Virus record (IMG/VR): IMGVR_UViG_3300021180_000005
Span: 1 to 64,000 of that record
Source: a virus
Direction: 5' to 3' (one strand)
DNA: 64,000 nt
The translations under genes were made by a program, and so were the position numbers. Below are positions 58,314 to 64,000 of the stretch, one piece after another. Under the pieces are notes generated by a model. The model had not been told where the DNA came from. It made no database searches and saw nothing but the letters and a program-made list of their open reading frames with translations. Numbering within the stretch: position 1 is the stretch's first letter; every line of letters begins with the position of its first letter.

Positions 58314-59156
58314 TTACTTCTTTTCCATAGGCAGTTGAGGCGATGGCTGAGTCATAGTTTGTTTTGGGGCGTATTTCAAGTTCTCCGTAGCTTCAAAAGC
58401 TTGTGCCCTAGAACGTACACCTGCCTTAATTGCAGAATCCCAGTCTCCAACGCACAGCCCACCACCTTCAAGAGCGTGGAACGGTGCTCCAACTTTGGCA
58501 GGTTGGCCACAACGTGGGCAACTGTCTAGGTGGACCTCGCGTTTATGCCAGTTAAAAGTTTCGTGAAAGTATTCAGCCGCTGCGTGATGCGCCGGGGTTA
58601 ACATTGCTGATAGTGACGCAGGATTAGAAGTCTCTACTGCACGTGCTTCTGTAAGAAGTCCACGGTAATGCTGTTCTAACCTACGTGTAGCAGCGGCTAG
58701 CTCTGTCTCATTAGGCTTCTCGTTGGTAGACCAGAATACTCCCAGTCTTCCTAGATTTTGACCAACAGAGAAACTATTGGTAATGACTGCGTCTTGGTCT
58801 AAAGAAAGATTGTCAGGATTGACAATGTCCATAGCCATGCGACGACCATCGATAACAACAATATCGATATCGTTTGAGTCTACATTTCCCTTTGGGAACT
58901 TAAAAGGAGAAGGTAGTGAGGTAACTACGGCGTACTTTTCCCCTTCCTTACGTGCCGGAATGATCATCTCTTTGATCAGCGGTAGGCGGGAAATCTTATA
59001 TTCTTGCTTTGCGATGTTGAATAGATATACAAAAAAATCTGCTGGGCGACTAAGCATATAGTCGGCAGTAGAAAAGTTCCAATCAATATTGTTGGCTCTA
59101 GTCATACCGTCGCTTAGGTCTGGTCGTCCCTGAGGTCTGCTGCATGTTGCTTCCAT
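58314..59156 (-). CDS. hypothetical protein with CxxC...H...C
   Basis: 280-aa ORF, AAGGAG SD. Confidence 0.7.
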   Translation of the reverse strand: MEATCSRPQGRPDLSDGMTRANNIDWNFSTADYMLSRPADFFVYLFNIAKQEYKISRLPLIKEMIIPARKEGEKYAVVTSLPSPFKFPKGNVDSNDIDIVVIDGRRMAMDIVNPDNLSLDQDAVITNSFSVGQNLGRLGVFWSTNEKPNETELAAATRRLEQHYRGLLTEARAVETSNPASLSAMLTPAHHAAAEYFHETFNWHKREVHLDSCPRCGQPAKVGAPFHALEGGGLCVGDWDSAIKAGVRSRAQAFEATENLKYAPKQTMTQPSPQLPMEKK

Positions 59157-59197
59157 TTGTTACTCCTTGAGTCTTCTGAGTTTGTAATTCTTAGTTG

Positions 59198-59929
59198 TTA
59201 AACAGGGTTGGTATGTGCTGATAATCCACGTCCGAGTTTACTTGCCGTGGTCATCATTTTATTCCAATTCCTTTGCATAGCTTCTATTTTTTTGTCAATC
59301 AGCGCAGTACGACACCCTTGACGCTGATAAGATACAGGATTTCCCTTAAATGGTACTGCGTTGCTTCTCATAACGTCTTCTATCATGGCAATATCTGCTT
59401 TATCTTCTCTTTCTTTCAAATCTGCCATAACGGCCTTGGTTTTTTCCCAACTGATGTCTTTAGCCGCCACTATGATAGGAACCACTGTGTCTAGAAGGAA
59501 CGTATTGAGAGGCATCATCTCAAATAAGAGCTTGCCGTTTCTCATTTCACTCCAACGTAAATTGTAAAGCATTTGATAACGTCCACTGTATGGGTACTCA
59601 CCTAGTATCTGCAAACCGGAATCTTCATCAAAGTTTTGTATATAATAAATTTCCGGTGTACCATACTCCAACGCGTCGTGCCATTGTAAAAGTGCCCAGC
59701 AGGGAACTCCTCCCCCTATGAGAAGGTCTCGGTACCCTGTATAACCTATCTGGTCTTCTCCAGCCCATGCACCTCCTGCTCTGTACATAGACCGTGGGTC
59801 TCCACCTTGCGACCAAACCAGTAAAAAGTTTGGATCATCATAGCGGTTAACCCCACCAATAGCCGTGAGTCTTTCTTGAAATTCTTCAGGGCATAAATTC
59901 TGCTGGTAACTAGCTGTTAGACTGGGCAT
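59198..59929 (-). CDS. hypothetical protein
   Basis: 243-aa ORF in late operon. Confidence 0.7.
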   Translation of the reverse strand: MPSLTASYQQNLCPEEFQERLTAIGGVNRYDDPNFLLVWSQGGDPRSMYRAGGAWAGEDQIGYTGYRDLLIGGGVPCWALLQWHDALEYGTPEIYYIQNFDEDSGLQILGEYPYSGRYQMLYNLRWSEMRNGKLLFEMMPLNTFLLDTVVPIIVAAKDISWEKTKAVMADLKEREDKADIAMIEDVMRSNAVPFKGNPVSYQRQGCRTALIDKKIEAMQRNWNKMMTTASKLGRGLSAHTNPV

Positions 59930-60194
59930 TATTCATTGCCTCTCGCTGTGCTTGTACTTGCGCTTTTTTCACTTCTACATACACGTCAATTTCCTGACGA
60001 TCTGTAATTCCTAGTTTCTTTTCTAGGATGAAGTTAAGCAGTAACGCTGCAGTGTCTGCCATGCCCATAAGCTCATTGTCATTAGAAGCTAGCTTCATAA
60101 ACAACGTGTGTGCCTCACGTCTGGACATAGGAGCATCCCAGTACTTATCGTAAGGTTGTTGAATCGGTGAATCTGAACTTATGATCTGAGTCAT
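59910..60194 (-). CDS. hypothetical protein
   Basis: 94-aa coupled ORF. Confidence 0.6.
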   Translation of the reverse strand: MTQIISSDSPIQQPYDKYWDAPMSRREAHTLFMKLASNDNELMGMADTAALLLNFILEKKLGITDRQEIDVYVEVKKAQVQAQREAMNNAQSNS

Positions 60195-60598
60195 TTGTTC
60201 CTTTCAATATAATCAGCTACTTTTCTCATCCTATCAGGATTGTCATTGAACAAGCCCATACCTCTGTTGCATTTAGTATGTACTATACCTCTTATTTTAC
60301 CTGTCAAGTGGTCATGGTCTACTGGAGGGAATCTATCGCCGTTTTCTTTCTCAGGTAGAGGTTCTTCGCAGGCTGCGCATAACCCTTTCTGCTCTTTCCA
60401 TCTTTGTGCATATTGCTCTGGTGTTAATCCAAAGCTACTTTTTAATGAGCTTTTTCTATGGGATTCTATGGTTTTTTCTGGATTTCTATTTCGCCATTCC
60501 TTAGTATGTGTGTTCTTGCACTCTAAGCAAACTAATCTCCCACCCTGTTGCACCTTAACATGACCCTGTGGACATGTAGATGTACTTGGCCTACCCAT
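60191..60598 (-). CDS. endonuclease VII-like homing endonuclease
   Basis: FGLT.EQY...QKGLCAAC...VDHDHLTGKIRGIVH..CN. Confidence 0.9.
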   Translation of the reverse strand: MGRPSTSTCPQGHVKVQQGGRLVCLECKNTHTKEWRNRNPEKTIESHRKSSLKSSFGLTPEQYAQRWKEQKGLCAACEEPLPEKENGDRFPPVDHDHLTGKIRGIVHTKCNRGMGLFNDNPDRMRKVADYIERNK

Positions 60599-61229
60599 TG
60601 CTACTTTCCAATCCTTCTTCTGCGGTGTTTTCTCTTTCTACCATACGTATGTCCTGTACACGTACCACGCGTAAGCCTTCTGGGTCTGGTTCATAGTTCA
60701 TTTGCACTGAATCACAGAGTACTTCTACTTTTTTCTCATCCATAATGAATACCTCTGAGTTGTAATCACCATAGGTAACACGATCTCCTACACGTACCAC
60801 ATCTCTCATGGGTATTTTCTGTCCACCAAGGATTACGAATTGTCCGACTGCAAGCACAATACCTACATTAGAGTGCTGTCTGTACTTCGCAGCAATGACA
60901 AGTCCTGTCTTTGTGTTTAGAACGCTGCCATCTTCCATGATCTTCATGTCTGAGTTTTCTGCACATCTCTTAATCAGTACACGGTCAAGAATAGGTGATC
61001 CCGAAGCATAGGTCTTATCTGGGTATTTCTTTGGCGCTAATGGAGCTTCTTTAACCTCTGTAGATAACCAATTAGTACGCCTATCAATGACTGTTATACC
61101 TGAACCAAGTTCTTGTGGTTCTTCTGGTGCTACATTTCGTAGTTCAATCGGATCGTTTACTGTGCTTCCACCTGCTGAAAACTGTGCACTGCGTGCGCCC
61201 CTAGCTAGGGAATCGCCTCCGTTTAACAT
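60591..61229 (-). CDS. GroES-like co-chaperonin with N-terminal extension
   Basis: PILDRVLIK, TKTGLVI, GIVLAVG, VRVGDRV. Confidence 0.75.
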   Translation of the reverse strand: MLNGGDSLARGARSAQFSAGGSTVNDPIELRNVAPEEPQELGSGITVIDRRTNWLSTEVKEAPLAPKKYPDKTYASGSPILDRVLIKRCAENSDMKIMEDGSVLNTKTGLVIAAKYRQHSNVGIVLAVGQFVILGGQKIPMRDVVRVGDRVTYGDYNSEVFIMDEKKVEVLCDSVQMNYEPDPEGLRVVRVQDIRMVERENTAEEGLESSNG

Positions 61230-61263
61230 GATTGAGTCTCCTGAGTCTTTTAATGTAATACTA

Positions 61264-61345
61264 CCCCGGCTATCCAGTCTCGGCGTGTTTGCGCAAGGAG
61301 ACTGGGGCCGAGGTTATGCCTGCACTAGGCGCAAACCTACGCAGG
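61264..61345 (-). ncRNA. candidate kissing-loop RNA element
   Basis: two stems whose loops carry TTTGCG and CGCAAA. Confidence 0.5.
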
Positions 61346-61357
61346 ACAAAGTTGTGC

Positions 61358-61391
61358 AAAACAAAAGGCCCTGCGAGGTTTAGCAGAGCCT
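61358..61391 (-). terminator. intrinsic terminator
   Basis: AGGCTCTGC/GCAGGGCCT followed by TTTGTTTT. Confidence 0.7.
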
Positions 61392-61398
61392 GTGAATC

Positions 61399-61611
61399 TT
61401 AAACCAATTTTGCCAACTCCGCTTTAGCTGCGGCGACTACCTTAACCGCATCCGCGATGATCAACGGGTTAAGCTTATTAAGGTCCGTTACAATGGCCGC
61501 TTCTACTATTGGCGCTTCCTTCACAAACGCAGCCTTAATCTTTCGTCCAATGCTAGGCGTAAACGCACCTACTACGTATGCTGCTACGCCACCTGCAATG
61601 AGTTCTACCAT
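61399..61611 (-). CDS. small Ala/Val-rich protein with hydrophobic N-terminus
   Basis: GGAGG SD before ATG 61611. Confidence 0.65.
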   Translation of the reverse strand: MVELIAGGVAAYVVGAFTPSIGRKIKAAFVKEAPIVEAAIVTDLNKLNPLIIADAVKVVAAAKAELAKLV

Positions 61612-61637
61612 ACAATTACCTCCACGGGGGTTAAAGG

Positions 61638-62150
61638 TTACTGAGTACTGTTGTGTTTCTGAGTCCAAAATCTAAGGTATTGCATTGCCCGGTCAAGCCA
61701 TGTACCGGGGATGGGTGTGAAATCTCCCTGAGCTAGTAGTATTTCTAAATTACCCAGCTTATGGTTGCACTCCCAACACAATAATCCACGAAGGCATTTT
61801 CCACATGACACTTTTCTATCACAACATGAATGTTCGTGGTCAATGTGCAATCTTACGTGAAAACCTGTACCCTCAGTTGCTGGGCACAATGCACAGTGTC
61901 CTTCTTGCAACTTTAACTTATCTTCGTAGTAATTTTTAGGAGCATGGTGCTTTCTGGCATTGCCATACTTTTTATAAAGAGACTTATCGCGCTCTTTTGC
62001 TCCTTCTCTGCACACCTTACAGCCTTTGTTAAATCTTGAATCCTCTTCAAATGTTTTGTGGAACCCACACCACTTCAGACCTTTATCTTTTGCTTCTCTG
62101 TACGCCTCTGTAGTGATGCCATATTTATATAGTCGTGCTTGTCTTCTCAT
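61638..62150 (-). CDS. endonuclease VII-like homing endonuclease
   Basis: QEGHCALC, LHIDHEH.CC...SCGKCLRGLLCWECN. Confidence 0.9.
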   Translation of the reverse strand: MRRQARLYKYGITTEAYREAKDKGLKWCGFHKTFEEDSRFNKGCKVCREGAKERDKSLYKKYGNARKHHAPKNYYEDKLKLQEGHCALCPATEGTGFHVRLHIDHEHSCCDRKVSCGKCLRGLLCWECNHKLGNLEILLAQGDFTPIPGTWLDRAMQYLRFWTQKHNSTQ

Positions 62151-62225
62151 TTTCTCTCCTCTGCAAAGGTCAAGCAGGGCCTGTTGCAGCAGGCCCCACT
62201 CTAGTACTGGGTAATTAGTCCAGCA
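62151..62225 (-). ncRNA. structured leader copy D
   Basis: GCTGG..CCAGT ACTAGAG ..GGGCCTG-CTGCAA-CAGGCCC.. TTGCAG AGGAG. Confidence 0.7.
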
Positions 62226-62239
62226 ATCTTTACTTCAAT

Positions 62240-62268
62240 AGTATAGCACAAGACGTGTAGAGCGTCAA
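62240..62268 (-). promoter_or_regulatory. sigma70-type promoter for leader D and its endonuclease
   Basis: TTGACG-17 nt-TATACT with TG extension. Confidence 0.75.
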
Positions 62269-62326
62269 GTGCTACACTAAGGGATGTCAGGTCTCTACAC
62301 CAAGACATCAAACTTCTAAATCACGA

Positions 62327-63217
62327 TTAGATCGTGGGAACAGCAGCGTTCTGTACATAAAGTCCAGCACGAGGGGCGCTATTTGCTAAGTTGAAGCACG
62401 TATTATAGGCAAACATATGGCTGGTCAAATACGTTCCGTTCGTGGTACCCACGTCAGGTACGGGTGCAACCACATTGCCGCCGCCGAAGTCATAAAGCTC
62501 CAGAGGAGAAAGCTCGCCAATGTACCAATTCTCCATGATTAGGAGGTCCATACGCGATGCAGTTGCTGTGGCAGACTTGTGGTACTTACGTCCACCGAAC
62601 GTGTCCGAGAAATAACGCTTGGACATGTCCAGAGTCTTCTCGCCCTTAACTTCCTGAGCGTTTACGATCTGAACGTTGTACATCAAGTTACTCTGTGCAA
62701 ATGCCTGCTCAAGAGGACCATACCAAATGCCGCTCTTTAGCGACTCTGCATCTGGACCGAGTGCTCGTGTCAACAGTACTTCTGCACGTTGCGCGATTCC
62801 GGGGGTAATTGCTGCGCCGTTCAGGTTAATGGTTGGCGTGCTAAGACGACCGGGGTACGCGTTGCGGTTCAGCCCACCGATGGTTCCAGTGTTGCTGTTA
62901 ACATCCCAAGCCTTAATACCTAGGATGGAGTTTCCGCTGCCGTACGATGCACCAGCTACGACGATGTAATCGGTAACAACTACGTCAGAAGGTAGAACGG
63001 TGCTGAAATATAGAGTGTTGCTAGGGCCATCAGAGTAGCTGATAGTTGCCTGTGTAACACCACCAGTACGTTGGACTCCACCTGTGCTGTAGAACTTTAC
63101 GACCTGTTGATCGGTAAAGGCTACTGCAACGTTGATACCAGCAATGCTAGCAGTCTGGGAAGCGGGTGATCCGCCGCTCAGTACAATGGTAGCTGTTGCA
63201 GGAATCTGGTCGATCAT
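62327..63217 (-). CDS. major capsid protein, 3' exon
   Basis: in frame with upstream exon after intron removal; ILGI, GGLNR.AYP and C-terminal PR motifs typical of many capsid proteins; family inferred. Confidence 0.75.
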   Translation of the reverse strand: MIDQIPATATIVLSGGSPASQTASIAGINVAVAFTDQQVVKFYSTGGVQRTGGVTQATISYSDGPSNTLYFSTVLPSDVVVTDYIVVAGASYGSGNSILGIKAWDVNSNTGTIGGLNRNAYPGRLSTPTINLNGAAITPGIAQRAEVLLTRALGPDAESLKSGIWYGPLEQAFAQSNLMYNVQIVNAQEVKGEKTLDMSKRYFSDTFGGRKYHKSATATASRMDLLIMENWYIGELSPLELYDFGGGNVVAPVPDVGTTNGTYLTSHMFAYNTCFNLANSAPRAGLYVQNAAVPTI

Positions 63218-63910
63218 CAAATATGTTGCGCCGTTTCGTTTGTATAAACGGCTCTCGTAATTACTTACGAGTTCAGACTATATCATACCTTTACGGTTCA
63301 ACTGTACAAGTTGATCTCTTAGTTCTTGTCTCTTTTGGTGAGCCTCAATGTATATAGGACTGTCTGTAGTCAGCTTCAATCCCTGCTGACATCCATTTCT
63401 TCCTTCGTATACCCGCTCAAACTCTAAACCAATAAGAGCCTGCCGCTTCTTTATCACTAGATAAGGAAGCATTGTTTCAAGAACTGCTATTCGATTGTTC
63501 TTACCTTTAGGCATCCATGCGTATTGTGTTTTGCAGTTGTTCTTGTTTTTAGAGCAACTAACAGAGTACATACCACCAAAATTACTAATCAACCACTGCA
63601 TCAACTCTAGGTTGGTGTTTGCTATCTTCACGTTCATCTGGAAGATGGTTGTGTTGTTTTTGTTGTGGCTAGTACTGATACAAACGGTGCCTTCACCATC
63701 GAACAGCCCAGCCAGATACGACCAGTGCGTTTCATTTGAGTTTTTCATAAAAGTTGTAGTGCTTCGGTCTCACTTGAGACCTACTCCCTTGCGGGATAGT
63801 CGTTACACCTTCCTCAGTTCCGAGGAGCGGCTCGGTATTGTCTGATATACGATTCTATTATATCAGGTTTCCACCGAATTCTCTACATTTTACACGGGCA
63901 GATTTTGTTT
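63218..63910 (-). mobile_element. group I intron (693 nt) in the capsid gene
   Basis: 5' exon ends in U; P1 CACGGGU/GCCCGUG; TAACGACTA and GATATAGTC P7 strands; terminal G; splicing restores frame. Confidence 0.92.
63278..63748 (-). CDS. intron-encoded single-motif LAGLIDADG endonuclease
   Basis: YLAGLFDGEGTV, PYLVIKK.QA. Confidence 0.93.
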   Translation of the reverse strand: MKNSNETHWSYLAGLFDGEGTVCISTSHNKNNTTIFQMNVKIANTNLELMQWLISNFGGMYSVSCSKNKNNCKTQYAWMPKGKNNRIAVLETMLPYLVIKKRQALIGLEFERVYEGRNGCQQGLKLTTDSPIYIEAHQKRQELRDQLVQLNRKGMI

Positions 63911-64000
63911 ACCCGTGCCATCACTGTTGATCAAACCTTCGATACCCTGCATTGCTGCATCCAAAGAGTTCTTCATTTCCTGTGCTTTGACAGCGAAGAG
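63911..64000 (-). CDS. major capsid protein, upstream exon (partial, runs off window)
   Basis: LFAVKAQEMKNSLDAAMQGIEGLINSDGTG. Confidence 0.75.

Noticed and set aside
20448-62225. Leader element as a known ribozyme or HEARO RNA
   Set aside because: I could not find hammerhead, twister, pistol or HDV-like cores, and it is much shorter than HEARO; an Rfam scan is still needed.
23454-63845. Many plus-strand ORFs opposite late genes (and minus-strand ORFs in 1-16.9 kb)
   Set aside because: Antisense shadows of real genes with no recognisable motifs.
1-64000. Stop-codon reassignment (TAG or TGA)
   Set aside because: Long genes are intact under code 11 and all three stops end genes; the two in-frame stops noted have local explanations.
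1-64000. CRISPR array or diversity-generating retroelement
   Set aside because: No spaced direct repeats, reverse transcriptase or template/variable repeat pair seen; the 43997/45087 similarity is protein-level paralogy.

Overview
64 kb of a large tailed-phage genome; podovirus-like judging by the ejection-type proteins and tail-tube/adaptor-like genes. Host cannot be determined from sequence alone. Plus-strand arm (1-16.9 kb): replication/early genes (SF2 helicase, primase-helicase, RecA, HD hydrolase, HAD nucleotidase, ClpB-like AAA+, Tlde1-like L,D-transpeptidase). A long hairpin at 16.9 kb separates it from a minus-strand arm (17-64 kb): major capsid gene split by a group I intron with a LAGLIDADG ORF, GroES-like chaperonin, a GDP-deoxysugar/glycosyltransferase island, a DUF3494 ice-binding protein, tail and ejection proteins, dNMP kinase and two tRNAs. 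The window carries about 15 homing-type endonuclease genes plus remnants. Most notable: (1) a ~75-nt covarying hairpin-plus-pseudoknot leader in four divergent copies, directly ahead of three unrelated endonuclease families and one orphan mini-ORF, pairing over or beside the ribosome-binding site; (2) a tail gene whose SD-supported start is out of frame and joined to its body by CTT-TGA-C, the prfB +1 frameshift motif; (3) a (G)ACTCAG motif clustered at late-gene starts plus an intergenic structure showing GACTCAGA in two hairpin loops; (4) an ice-binding domain fused to a duplicated, probably virion, module; (5) a ColD-type (His) enzyme hinting at colitose glycosylation; (6) a secreted 6-Cys miniprotein missed by the ORF track. 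All calls come from reading the sequence and motif recognition; no searches or folding programs were run.
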